Source of the DNA: Candidatus Gastranaerophilales bacterium
GTDB lineage: Bacteria; Cyanobacteriota; Vampirovibrionia; Gastranaerophilales; Gastranaerophilaceae
Reading direction: 5' to 3'
NCBI GenBank assembly: GCA_944322555.1
Contig: CALUPJ010000068.1
Coordinates: 1-57,541, forward strand
DNA: 57,541 nt
The notes beneath the pieces are model-generated. The model ran no database searches. It was not told the DNA's origin and saw only the letters and a program-made list of their open reading frames with translations. The translations under genes and the position numbers were made by a program. This document shows, in pieces, positions 29,788 to 40,670 of this stretch. Every line of letters begins with the position of its first letter. Positions within the stretch are counted from its first letter, which is position 1.

Positions 29788-31404
29788 ATGGCAAATCTGA
29801 TTAGTCCTGATAAAACATTATTAACATCTGCATCTGTTCTGGTTAAGGCTCTTGTTGAGCTGGGGATTGATACTATATTCGGTTACCCCGGAGCATCGGT
29901 TTTAAGTATTTATAATGAGCTTTCAAAAACTGAGTCTATAAAACATATTCTTGTCCGCCATGAGCAGGCAGCGGTTCATGCGGCGGAGGGATATGCGCGT
30001 GTCAGCGGCAGACCGGGAATTGTATTAGTCACTTCCGGCCCCGGATTTACGAATACTTTGACGGGAATAGCTAATGCTTATGCAGATTCAACTCCGCTTA
30101 TTGTATTAGCGGGTGATGTATCATCTCTTAATAAACAGGGGAAAGTTTTTCAGAATGTGGAAATCTCATCTCTTGCGGCTTCCTGCACAAAACATTGTTA
30201 CCGGTATACTGAAAAAGATGATATCAGAGATATTATCAGGAGAGCTTATTTTACTGCAAATTCAGGCAAAAAAGGGCCTGTAGTTATTGCACTTCCGAGA
30301 AATCTTCTGGAGGCTGAATATTTTGCAGGAAAAACAAACGCTGTTAAGATTCAGGATAATAATGAAACGATTTATAACACACAACGGCTAAGAGAGCTGC
30401 TGCGAATATCTAAGCGTCCTCTGGTGCTTATCGGCGGCGGATGTGTTGATGCATCTGATGAAATTGAAAAGTTTGTATCACAAATTCAATCTCCTGTAGT
30501 TTCGACTTTAATGGGAATAGGGATTTATCCTTCGGAAAATGATTTATATTTGGGTATGATAGGTCTGAATGGTACTCAGCCGGCGAATTCTGCACTGAAT
30601 GAATGTGATTTGTTGATTGCTCTGGGGGTAAGTTTTTCAAACCGTTCAGTTTGTAACGGTGATAATTTTGCTTTGAATGCCAAAATTGTAAGTATAAATA
30701 TTGAAGATTGCCCGGGGAACTATGAATTAGTAATAAAAGCGGATATAAAAGAGTTTTTAACCGGATTTATAAGCGAGAATGCAGAATCGGATTTAAAAGA
30801 GGACTGGCTTGTAAGGGCAGATGCTTTGAAAGATGAATTTATATTGTCTGAATATGTTTCGGACAGTTTACATTCTTCTTATGTACTGGAGACGATATCA
30901 GAGTATACTAAGTACTATGAGCCTGTGGTTGTAACAGATGTGGGTCAGCATCAGATGCTTACGGCACAATATTTTAATTTTAATAAACCGCAGAAATTTA
31001 TAACGTCCGGCGGTCTGGGGACAATGGGGTTCGGACTTCCGGCAGCAATAGGCGCTCATATTGCAAATCCGGGAAATCTTATTTTGAATATTACCGGGGA
31101 CGGGTCTTTTCAGATGAACTTACAGGAGCTTGCGACTTGCAGAGAGCACAATATTCCGATAAAGATTATTATTATGAATAACGGTTATCTTGGAATGGTG
31201 CGTCAAATGCAGGAAAAAATTTATCATAACCGGTATCAGGTTGAGATGATTAATCCGGATTTCACTAAGATTGCCGAAGCGTATGATTTATTTGCGATAA
31301 GGGTGAAAACAAAAGAAGAGTTAATTCCGGCGCTGGAAAGAGCTATAAAACACGAGGGGACTGCTATTATTGATGTGGCCATAGATTCATTTGAAAATAT
31401 TTAG
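29788..31404 (+). CDS. ilvB: Acetolactate synthase large subunit
   Basis: FGYPG, RHEQAA, TSGPG.TN, DVGQHQM, SGGLGTMGFGLPAAIG, GDGSFQMN. Confidence 0.92.
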   Translation: MANLISPDKTLLTSASVLVKALVELGIDTIFGYPGASVLSIYNELSKTESIKHILVRHEQAAVHAAEGYARVSGRPGIVLVTSGPGFTNTLTGIANAYADSTPLIVLAGDVSSLNKQGKVFQNVEISSLAASCTKHCYRYTEKDDIRDIIRRAYFTANSGKKGPVVIALPRNLLEAEYFAGKTNAVKIQDNNETIYNTQRLRELLRISKRPLVLIGGGCVDASDEIEKFVSQIQSPVVSTLMGIGIYPSENDLYLGMIGLNGTQPANSALNECDLLIALGVSFSNRSVCNGDNFALNAKIVSINIEDCPGNYELVIKADIKEFLTGFISENAESDLKEDWLVRADALKDEFILSEYVSDSLHSSYVLETISEYTKYYEPVVVTDVGQHQMLTAQYFNFNKPQKFITSGGLGTMGFGLPAAIGAHIANPGNLILNITGDGSFQMNLQELATCREHNIPIKIIIMNNGYLGMVRQMQEKIYHNRYQVEMINPDFTKIAEAYDLFAIRVKTKEELIPALERAIKHEGTAIIDVAIDSFENI

Positions 31405-31515
31405 TTTAAACCTTTTTGCGGGTTTGTTGTTATTGATTTTAGTTATTGTTTATTCTAAAATTCTGATGAGAAGTTTGTATATTATTTCGTTAATAGAGAA
31501 TAAGGGGGACAAAAT

Positions 31516-32310
31516 ATGTCAAGAAAACCAATTATTGCAGGAAACTGGAAAATGAATCTGCTTCAGAATGAGGCAAAAGCTTTATTTGAAGGAATAAAGA
31601 ATTTTACAAAAGATTTTACGGCACCTCAATTACCGACAATTGTGATTGCTCCGGTATTTACATCTTTGAATGTTGTTAATACTGTTAAATGTGATTGCGG
31701 CTGCGGCGGGGATAAGATTTCTATCGCCGGTCAGAATTGTCATTGGGAAAAATCCGGTGCATATACAGGTGAAGTTTCTGTAGAAATGTTAAAAGATGCG
31801 GGATGTTCTTATGTAATTATCGGTCACTCCGAAAGAAGACAATATTTCTCGGAAACTGATGAAATGATTAATAAAAAAGCAAAAGCAATTTTGGCAGGCG
31901 GTTTAATACCGATTATTTGCTGCGGTGAAACTTTGGAACAGAGAGAAGCCGGAGTTACTGATGAGCATATTGCAACTCAAATCAGAGCCGCATTAAACGG
32001 TTTATCAGAAGATGAAATTGCAAAATCAGTTATTGCATACGAACCGATTTGGGCAATCGGAACCGGTAAAACATGTGACAGCGTTGAAGCCAATAGAGTT
32101 ATTGCTATGATAAGAAAAGTTGTTAAAGAAGTTTCTTCTGAAAAAGCCGGCGAAGCTATAAGAATATTGTATGGCGGTTCGGTAAAACCTTCTACTATAG
32201 AAGAACAAATGTCACAGTCAGATATTGATGGTGCTCTGGTTGGCGGCGCAAGTCTTAAGGCTGAAAGCTTTAATGAAATTATTGCTAATACTATGAAAGT
32301 TAGTGTATAG
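31516..32310 (+). CDS. tpiA: Triosephosphate isomerase
   Basis: AGNWKMN, GHSERR, AYEPIWAIGTG, YGGSV, LVGGASL. Confidence 0.99.
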   Translation: MSRKPIIAGNWKMNLLQNEAKALFEGIKNFTKDFTAPQLPTIVIAPVFTSLNVVNTVKCDCGCGGDKISIAGQNCHWEKSGAYTGEVSVEMLKDAGCSYVIIGHSERRQYFSETDEMINKKAKAILAGGLIPIICCGETLEQREAGVTDEHIATQIRAALNGLSEDEIAKSVIAYEPIWAIGTGKTCDSVEANRVIAMIRKVVKEVSSEKAGEAIRILYGGSVKPSTIEEQMSQSDIDGALVGGASLKAESFNEIIANTMKVSV

Positions 32311-32327
32311 TATTTATAAAAAATATT

Positions 32328-32369
32328 AAAAGAATGGGCGGATTATATTTATAATTCGCCCATTCTTTT
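32328..32369 (+). terminator. Intrinsic terminator of tpiA
   Basis: AAAAGAATGGGCGGATTATA...TATAATTCGCCCATTCTTTT inverted repeat. Confidence 0.85.
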
Positions 32370-32464
32370 GGTATCTTTGCCATACAATACAACTTTCCGG
32401 AATAGACTTTTTTGTCATGTTAAATTTATTTCACTAATTTAGTTGAATTTTCCCCGACCTACTG

Positions 32465-32501
32465 CCGGTAAGAGGCTGAAATAAATTCAGCCTCTTACCG
32501 G
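32465..32501. repeat. Perfect 16-bp inverted repeat (REP-like palindrome)
   Basis: CCGGTAAGAGGCTGAA-ataaa-TTCAGCCTCTTACCGG. Confidence 0.75.
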
Positions 32502-32552
32502 TGCGGCATTTTTTGCATTGTTCAGAATCTCATCTACCCTACGATACCGGCG

Positions 32553-32654
32553 ATTGATTACCCGCTTAAGGGAGTTTCGCCGCTTACTCATGATCAGGCA
32601 TTAGAAGCCAGAAATATTATAATGAAGGCTTACAAAGAAACGAGAGAACAATAA
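32553..32654 (+). pseudogene. 3' remnant resembling the C-terminus of pyruvate formate-lyase activating enzyme
   Basis: IDYPLKGVSPLTHDQALEARNIIMKAYKETREQ*; no start codon back to the in-frame TAA at 32469. Confidence 0.5.
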
Positions 32655-32661
32655 GTATACA

Positions 32662-33714
32662 TTACTCTACAGGACGAGACATACATTTTGACAGTTTTTT
32701 TGCAGTTATTCCTATGTAAGTGGACAAATACAGTGCAATAATTATATAGATGTACTTATACAATTCTAACTTATATACAGAATAAAGATTTGAAGGAACA
32801 TTACTTATTTTACCATTAATACTGAATAATATTATTGTGATTATATGAAATATAAACAGATGATTTGCCATGATATGGTATGTGTTTTTCCCGATTTGTT
32901 CAAGGAAACTATTTTCTTGTACAATAGGAAGTAAAAGTTTAACAATAAATAAAGAGAGATATATACCTGTTAAGCTTGTGATAAATGGAATATATGCATT
33001 ATGAAGTTTCATTACTTTCATCGTAAAACCGGTATCATGATTATTTAAAATCCAAGCAAAAGCTTGTACTATAAGACATATATATAATTCGTTTATATTG
33101 AATTTTAACTTACTTTCTAAATGCTCTTTATAAATGTAACCAACATAAACAAAAATTAAAGAAAATAATGTGCGGTTAATCAGAAGTTCAATTCCTTTCA
33201 AGGATTCACCGTGATGATGTTGCATAGCAGGCACAAGGCTAATTAATAAAAATGTTATAAACAAGAACCACCGATTTTTAAATATTTTTTTTAATAAATA
33301 CAGAAATATATAAAAAATTATCAATGAAAAAAATAATTGCGGGACAAACCATAAAGCTGTTGTAAACAGAGTACTGTTAGTGATAAATGGTTCAATAACA
33401 TAATTGTAAAAATTAAAAGGATGACCATATAGTTTTTTAAAATTTACAAATATAAAAAATGCTAATAAACTATAAAATATGTTATAAAAAATAAATGGGA
33501 GCAGCAGTGTTTTTATCTTTTTTGTTATAAATCTTACAAAGGATTTTATTTCCGGTTCTTTAAAAAAATAGCCTGCAACAAACAAAAATAAGGGCATATG
33601 GAAAGAATATGATGCAAAAAATTTGCCAAAAACATCATATTTTGTATGTCCTGCTACCATAGTAATAATTCCGATAGCTTTTAATAAATTAAATTCTCTA
33701 TTAAAATTTTTCAT
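32662..33714 (-). CDS. Acyltransferase-3 family membrane O-acyltransferase
   Basis: LLKAIGII..VAGH, SFHMPLFLFVAGY, LWFVP, IGKNTYHI...H; multiple TM helices; visibly lower GC than flanks. Confidence 0.88.
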   Translation of the reverse strand: MKNFNREFNLLKAIGIITMVAGHTKYDVFGKFFASYSFHMPLFLFVAGYFFKEPEIKSFVRFITKKIKTLLLPFIFYNIFYSLLAFFIFVNFKKLYGHPFNFYNYVIEPFITNSTLFTTALWFVPQLFFSLIIFYIFLYLLKKIFKNRWFLFITFLLISLVPAMQHHHGESLKGIELLINRTLFSLIFVYVGYIYKEHLESKLKFNINELYICLIVQAFAWILNNHDTGFTMKVMKLHNAYIPFITSLTGIYLSLFIVKLLLPIVQENSFLEQIGKNTYHIMANHLFIFHIITIILFSINGKISNVPSNLYSVYKLELYKYIYIIIALYLSTYIGITAKKLSKCMSRPVE

Positions 33715-33726
33715 AATCATCGCGAT

Positions 33727-33782
33727 TTTTGCATGCATGCAAAATTTTTATCAATAATAGCATTAAAATTGCATGTATGCAA
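33727..33782. promoter_or_regulatory. Two palindromic operator boxes TTGCATG(C/T)ATGCAA between the divergent acyltransferase and XRE genes
   Basis: TTTTGCATGCATGCAAAA 33727-33744; TTGCATGTATGCAA 33769-33782 overlapping the XRE ATG. Confidence 0.7.
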
Positions 33783-33992
33783 GATGACTTGAAATATTTA
33801 GGTTTACACATAAAGTCACTTAGAAAAGCAAGAAAACTCACAATTAGTGCTTTATGTTATAGAAATAATCTGGAACCGTCTACAGTTAGTCGCATAGAGC
33901 AAGGACTTGTTGAGGCAAAATATTTAACTTTGTTAAAAATTGCAAAGGCTTTTGATATGTCTTTAGATGAAATGCTTAAATTTGATAAATAA
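33777..33992 (+). CDS. XRE-family HTH regulator (C-protein-like, 71 aa)
   Basis: LGLHIKSLRKARKLT...STVSRIEQG...TLLKIAKAFDM. Confidence 0.88.
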   Translation: MQDDLKYLGLHIKSLRKARKLTISALCYRNNLEPSTVSRIEQGLVEAKYLTLLKIAKAFDMSLDEMLKFDK

Positions 33993-33997
33993 AAATA

Positions 33998-34019
33998 TGA
34001 GTCCGAAATCTCGGACTCA
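33998..34019. terminator. Hairpin between convergent XRE gene and ahcY
   Basis: TGAGTCCGA-aatc-TCGGACTCA with A/T-rich flanks. Confidence 0.7.
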
Positions 34020-34029
34020 ATTTTACTTT

Positions 34030-35468
<1,439 letters not shown>

Positions 35469-35532
35469 TTAGTTTTCCTCTTTTTTAACATAACCGATAT
35501 TCGTATTAACTTTGTTCATTTATAGTAATATA

Positions 35533-35561
35533 AAAAGACGGCTCTTGCAAAGCCGTCTTTT
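35533..35561 (-). terminator. Intrinsic terminator after rpsI
   Basis: AAAAGACGGCT-cttgcaa-AGCCGTCTTTT. Confidence 0.85.
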
Positions 35562-35579
35562 GAAAATTCAAAATAAAAA

Positions 35580-35978
35580 TTAACGTTTTGAGAACTGGAA
35601 TCTCTTACGAGCTCTTTTTCTGCCGTATTTTTTACGTTCTTTAACTCTTGCATCACGTGTTAATAAACCTTCAGAACGCAATACGTTTTTGTATTCTTCG
35701 TTAACTTTTAATAATGCTCTTGAAATCCCATGTCTGATAGCTGCTGATTGAGCAACAATACCGCCGCCTACTGCTTTGACTCTTACATCATATTTATCCT
35801 GATTTTCAGTTAAAACAAGCGGTCTGTATATCATCATCTCAACAGCGGGCATATTACCGATATAAGCACCTAATGTTTTTCCGTTTACAAAAATTCTGCC
35901 TTTACCTTTTACTAACTTAACAACGGCAATAGCACATTTTCTGCGGCCTGTAGCCATAATTTCTTTAGATTCAGCCAT
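35580..35978 (-). CDS. rpsI: 30S ribosomal protein S9
   Basis: ATGRRK, GGG..AQ..AIRHG, LLTRDAR.KERKK, QFSKR. Confidence 0.99.
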   Translation of the reverse strand: MAESKEIMATGRRKCAIAVVKLVKGKGRIFVNGKTLGAYIGNMPAVEMMIYRPLVLTENQDKYDVRVKAVGGGIVAQSAAIRHGISRALLKVNEEYKNVLRSEGLLTRDARVKERKKYGRKRARKRFQFSKR

Positions 35979-36415
35979 TAGTTACCCCCTTTCGGTAATT
36001 CGATTGGTTTTTGAGCTGCATGCGGGTGATTAGGACCACAATAAACTTTGAGTTTTGTAAACTGTTGATCGCCTAAAGTGTTATGTTGTAACATACCCTT
36101 TACAGCTTTTTCGATTAATTTTCTTGCGTCTTTTTCTCTTACTTCTTTTACTGAAGCTGATTTCAAGCCGCCCGGGTAACCGGTATGGTGATAATAAATT
36201 TTATCTGTTTCTTTATTACCTGTAACTACAACTTTTTCCGCATTTACTACAACGACAAAGTCGCCGGTATCTACGTTAGGTGTATATTCAGGTTTGTTTT
36301 TACCTCTTAAAATGTTTGCAATACGAACTGCCAGACGTCCGAGAACTTCGCCTTCAGCATCGATTACATACCATTTTCTTTCAACTTCCAGAGGTTTTGC
36401 CGAATATGTTTTCAT
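35978..36415 (-). CDS. rplM: 50S ribosomal protein L13
   Basis: [28 protein letters not shown]. Confidence 0.99.
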   Translation of the reverse strand: MKTYSAKPLEVERKWYVIDAEGEVLGRLAVRIANILRGKNKPEYTPNVDTGDFVVVVNAEKVVVTGNKETDKIYYHHTGYPGGLKSASVKEVREKDARKLIEKAVKGMLQHNTLGDQQFTKLKVYCGPNHPHAAQKPIELPKGGN

Positions 36416-36427
36416 GCTTTATTCCTT

Positions 36428-37267
36428 CTAATATGTTACTTTTACTAATGTTAACCCGTAAGGGCTTACTGTCTGACCTGCTTTTCGCCTGTCACGCGCC
36501 TCCAAAACAGCTTTCATGTGCTCCGGCGGCAAATGATGTCCTTCTATTTCAAGAAGAGTGCCGACTATTGTTCTTACCATATTGTAAAGAAATCTGTTTC
36601 CTTCAATATGAATAATAACTCTGTCTCCCTTTTTTTCAGCTTCCGCGCGGGAGATAAAACAAACTTTGCTCGGGTTTAGCGTTCCGGCACTTTTAAAACT
36701 TGAAAAATCATGTTCACCCAAAAGGAAATTCAAAGCGTTTTGCATACGCTCAATATCCAAATCATACTTAACTCTTAAGATATCACCGTCAAACGCCTGT
36801 TTATAACGGCGGTTAATTAATTCATACCTGTAATATCTGCTCCTTGCGGATTTTTGAGCATGGAATGACTGGTCAACAATTCTCAAGTTACTGACAGATA
36901 TATCATCGGGCAATATCTCATTCACATGATAGATAAAATCTGAAGCAACAATTTCTTTATCACAATCAAAATGAATGACCTGTCCTAATGCATTAACACC
37001 TTTGTCAGTTCTGCCGGAGAAGATTGTTTTAATCGGTCTTATATAATTTGCGTCCCTATGTTTCCCCGTATCGGATTTTTCGGAAGAAATCTCCGATTTA
37101 TCGGAAGCGACGCGTATCAATGTACTGATTGCTCTTTCAAGTTCTCCTTGTACAGTCTTCTGAACTTCTTCGGGATAAGAGCTTCCGCCCTTATATTTAC
37201 TGCCGAATTGTATCTGGCTTCCCGCATAATTCTTTCCTCTATACTGAACGTCAAGAGCGTAGCGCAT
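36428..37267 (-). CDS. truA: tRNA pseudouridine(38-40) synthase
   Basis: TVQGELE, SGRTDKGV, FHAQKSA, GEHDFSSF, FLYNMVR. Confidence 0.96.
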   Translation of the reverse strand: MRYALDVQYRGKNYAGSQIQFGSKYKGGSSYPEEVQKTVQGELERAISTLIRVASDKSEISSEKSDTGKHRDANYIRPIKTIFSGRTDKGVNALGQVIHFDCDKEIVASDFIYHVNEILPDDISVSNLRIVDQSFHAQKSARSRYYRYELINRRYKQAFDGDILRVKYDLDIERMQNALNFLLGEHDFSSFKSAGTLNPSKVCFISRAEAEKKGDRVIIHIEGNRFLYNMVRTIVGTLLEIEGHHLPPEHMKAVLEARDRRKAGQTVSPYGLTLVKVTY

Positions 37268-37270
37268 TAA

Positions 37271-37699
37271 TTATACAAATTGAATTAATGACATTTCAGA
37301 AGCATCCTCTCTGCGAGGCGGAAGTCTGAATATTCTTGTATAACCGCCCTGTCTTGAGGAATATTTAACGCCTATTATGCTGAATAATTTTCTCAAAACA
37401 GTTTGTTTTGCTAACTTTTTACCTTCTTGAGGTGTTTCAAAGATTTCGCCTGTTGCTGTGTCAATAAACTGGCCTATTTCTTTATCATAAATATATTTGC
37501 CTGCCAGTCTTCTTGAATTCAGGTCACCTTTTTTTGCCATTGTGATAACATTTTCAGCGTATGGTTGAAGAGCTTTTGCTCTTGCCATAGTTGTTTTTAT
37601 CTCACCGTGAACAAAAAGTTCGGTAGCCAATGAACGCAGCAAAGCCTTTCTCTGGTCTTGCGCTTTACCTAGCGTATGTTTTTTTGTCTGGTGTCTCAT
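37271..37699 (-). CDS. rplQ: 50S ribosomal protein L17 (with internal insertion)
   Basis: MRH, RKALLRSLAT, IKTT.ARAK, RQGGYTRI. Confidence 0.97.
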   Translation of the reverse strand: MRHQTKKHTLGKAQDQRKALLRSLATELFVHGEIKTTMARAKALQPYAENVITMAKKGDLNSRRLAGKYIYDKEIGQFIDTATGEIFETPQEGKKLAKQTVLRKLFSIIGVKYSSRQGGYTRIFRLPPRREDASEMSLIQFV

Positions 37700-37737
37700 T
37701 GTTTAGTTTCCTTTATTATATTAATTTTCATTTATTG

Positions 37738-38742
37738 CTACTCGGCGGATGATTCTATAACCATACCGTCTTCATCCAATTCCGGATTCGGAGCAAGATC
37801 CAAACCGAAATGATGTAATCTTTCAATGACTTCGTCTGAAGATTTTTTCCCGAAGTTTTTGATATTTAATAAATCATGTTCGGATTTTTTCAAGAGTTCT
37901 GCCATAGAATTTATACTTGCTCTTTTTAAGCAGTTGTATGCTCTTACGGATAATTCCAACTCATCAATGGTAATTGAAGGCTCTTGCTCTGAATCTTCCG
38001 AAACTTCTTCTTTTACAACAGCTTTTTCTTCAACTTCTTTATGAGTATTCTTACCTGTAATAGAAGAAATTTGAACAAAATGTTCAATTAACAGGTCTGC
38101 AGCCTGAGTAAGAGCTGTTGTAACATCAACAGTTCCGTTTGACCAAATTTCAAGAGTTAATTTGTCGAAGTCAATACTGTCGCCGACACGGGTATTTTCA
38201 ACTTCGTAACTTACTCTTTTAATCGGCATAAATGTAGCATGAATCGGAAGCATATCGATAGGAGTTCCTGCTTTTGCATTTCTCGGAACATCATTTGCAA
38301 CATAGCCTTTGCCTGTTTCTACCATAATATCGGCATGGAATGAACCGCCGTCTGCAATTGTACAGATTAACCAATCAGGGTTAACAACCTTAACACCTGC
38401 AGGAAGCTGAATATCGCTTGCAAGAACAGGGCCGGGTTTATCTATATCAATTCTCAATTGCTGGGGCTCTTTAGAATCAGTCTTTATTGCCAAACCTTTG
38501 AGGTTAAGCATTACGTCAATTACATCTTCCAAAACACCCGGAATTGCCGTATATTCATGAGTTATACCTTCAATTCTGCAAGAAGTTACAGCAGTACCTT
38601 CCAAGCTAGAAAGCAATACACGTCTTAGTGCATTACCGATAGTGGTTCCGAAGCCTCTTTCCAACGGTTCGATTGTAAACTTACCGTATTGAGAGCCGTC
38701 TGAACTGGTCATAGTATTAACAGTTTTAATTTTTAATTCCAT
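37738..38742 (-). CDS. rpoA: RNA polymerase alpha subunit
   Basis: EPLERGFGTTIGNALRRVLLSS, LELSVRAYNCLKR, NFGKKS. Confidence 0.99.
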   Translation of the reverse strand: MELKIKTVNTMTSSDGSQYGKFTIEPLERGFGTTIGNALRRVLLSSLEGTAVTSCRIEGITHEYTAIPGVLEDVIDVMLNLKGLAIKTDSKEPQQLRIDIDKPGPVLASDIQLPAGVKVVNPDWLICTIADGGSFHADIMVETGKGYVANDVPRNAKAGTPIDMLPIHATFMPIKRVSYEVENTRVGDSIDFDKLTLEIWSNGTVDVTTALTQAADLLIEHFVQISSITGKNTHKEVEEKAVVKEEVSEDSEQEPSITIDELELSVRAYNCLKRASINSMAELLKKSEHDLLNIKNFGKKSSDEVIERLHHFGLDLAPNPELDEDGMVIESSAE

Positions 38743-38760
38743 ATTTTTTCTCCTATCAGC

Positions 38761-39363
38761 CTATTTTGAATAGTACTCTATAACAAGTTGTTCTTTGAAT
38801 TCAGGATCTAATTCTTCTCTTTGAGGAATTCTTTCGAATGTAATCTTCAAAGCTTCTTTATCTACTGTAACCCAAGCAGGAGCACAAGACAAGTCTATTG
38901 AGCTCATAATTGTTTTAATGTAGTCATTGCTTCTTGCTTTGATAGTGATTACGTCACCTGCTTTTACCAAATAAGATGGAATATCTACTTTCTTTCCGTT
39001 AACAAGAACGTGTCCGTGGTTAACAATTTGTCTTGATTGTTTGCGGGTAATTCCGAAACCTGATCTGTAGAGAATATTATCAAGTCTTGATTCAAGAATT
39101 TGTAACAAAATCGTGCCTGTTACACCTTTTTTTCTTGCTGCTTCGCGATAATATTTTGCAAATTGTTTTTCACTTACCAAATATGTTAATCTGATTTTTT
39201 GTTTTTCATTAAGGTGGATTGCGTATTCAGAAAGTTTCTTTCTGACTGCACCATGCTGTCCTGATGCTGTTTGAGTCATGGAACTTGTCAATTTTCTGTT
39301 AGACAAATCTTTAACTCCGTAGTTACGAAACAATTTGTTCGTCGGTCCTGTATATCTTGCCAT
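38761..39363 (-). CDS. rpsD: 30S ribosomal protein S4
   Basis: MARYTGP start with AAGGAG RBS (track start 39423 is too far upstream), LESRLDN, VNHGH, VIEYYSK. Confidence 0.98.
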   Translation of the reverse strand: MARYTGPTNKLFRNYGVKDLSNRKLTSSMTQTASGQHGAVRKKLSEYAIHLNEKQKIRLTYLVSEKQFAKYYREAARKKGVTGTILLQILESRLDNILYRSGFGITRKQSRQIVNHGHVLVNGKKVDIPSYLVKAGDVITIKARSNDYIKTIMSSIDLSCAPAWVTVDKEALKITFERIPQREELDPEFKEQLVIEYYSK

Positions 39364-39501
39364 TATTATTTCTCCTTTTCTTCTGCGGGGCATCTGTGGT
39401 TTACTTTTTTGGCTTAAAAGCAAGCCCCCGCGGTTACTTAGCGGTTAATGAGCAATCAATAGCAACATTGTGTATCAATCGCCGTTTCACCATACTTTTT
39501 A

Positions 39502-39888
39502 CTATACACGTCTCTTTTTAGGCGGACGGCATCCGTTATGAGGGATCGGAGTAACGTCTTTAATTAACGTGATTTCCAAACCTGCGGCCTGTATTGCTCT
39601 GATAGCCGTTTCACGACCAGAACCCGGCCCTTTGATATGAACTTCAACTTTTTTCATACCCTGATCTATTGATTTTTTTGCAACTAATTCTGCTGCAGAT
39701 TGTGCTGCAAACGGAGTACCTTTTCTGGCACCTTTAAAACCGGTTGCACCGGCTGTTGCCCAAGCAATAGCATTACCTTGAGTATCTGTAGAAGTTACTA
39801 TTGTATTATTGAATGTTGATTGTATGTGAACAACACCCTGTAATACATTTTTCTTTTCCTTTTTCTTTGTAGTTTTTGGTCTTGCCAT
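39502..39888 (-). CDS. rpsK: 30S ribosomal protein S11
   Basis: [32 protein letters not shown]. Confidence 0.99.
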   Translation of the reverse strand: MARPKTTKKKEKKNVLQGVVHIQSTFNNTIVTSTDTQGNAIAWATAGATGFKGARKGTPFAAQSAAELVAKKSIDQGMKKVEVHIKGPGSGRETAIRAIQAAGLEITLIKDVTPIPHNGCRPPKKRRV

Positions 39889-39988
39889 TTTCTTATTTCC
39901 TTTATTTTATTTATATTTCTCTTTTTGTGTCCGAAGTAAAAAGTAAAACCTCTTTTCTTCGATTTTTGTCAACTGTTAAATAGTGACT

Positions 39989-40360
39989 CTATGCCTTTTT
40001 CTTACCTGCGATAGGCCCTGTTTTCTTACCGCGTCTTGTTCTGGCATTTGTCTTGGTTCTTTGTCCTCTGCAAGGAAGACCTCTTTTATGTCTCATGCCT
40101 CTGTAAGAATTAATTTCCTGCAAACGCTTGATACTCATGGTAACTTCACGTCTCAAATCACCTTCTATATTGTAATCTGACAGTGCATTACGCAATTGTT
40201 TAATATCATCATCTGTCAAATCGTCTGTTCTTAAGTCCGGTGAAATTCCGGTCTTTTCGAGGATTTTTTTACTTCTTGCCGGCCCTATACCGTAAATATA
40301 GGTTAGAGCGACTTCCAGTCTTTTGTTACGAGGTAAATCTACCCCAACTAATCTTGCCAT
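39989..40360 (-). CDS. rpsM: 30S ribosomal protein S13
   Basis: [28 protein letters not shown]. Confidence 0.99.
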   Translation of the reverse strand: MARLVGVDLPRNKRLEVALTYIYGIGPARSKKILEKTGISPDLRTDDLTDDDIKQLRNALSDYNIEGDLRREVTMSIKRLQEINSYRGMRHKRGLPCRGQRTKTNARTRRGKKTGPIAGKKKA

Positions 40361-40510
40361 GTTTTGTTTCCTTTATGTTTTTGTACTTACTCTATTTTCA
40401 GCGGCTAAGCTGCCGTGCGATTAAGCGGCCGGGAAAATTTTGCTTGAATAAGTGACCTAATAACTTTATGTTCCGCTTTTGGCCAATCAGCTTCCGGCCC
40501 CGTTGATTAT

Positions 40511-40624
40511 TTATCCCTGTCTTTGTTTGTGCTTAGGGTTTTCGCAAATTACGGCTACGCGGCCTTTTCTTCTGATAACCTTGCACTTGTCGCACATTGG
40601 TTTTACTGATGATCTTGTTTTCAT
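40511..40624 (-). CDS. rpmJ: 50S ribosomal protein L36, zinc-ribbon type (missed by ORF track)
   Basis: [37 protein letters not shown]. Confidence 0.98.
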   Translation of the reverse strand: MKTRSSVKPMCDKCKVIRRKGRVAVICENPKHKQRQG

Positions 40625-40670
40625 TGTTCTGTTTCCTTTATATCTGATTAATTATCTGTATTGATTTATT

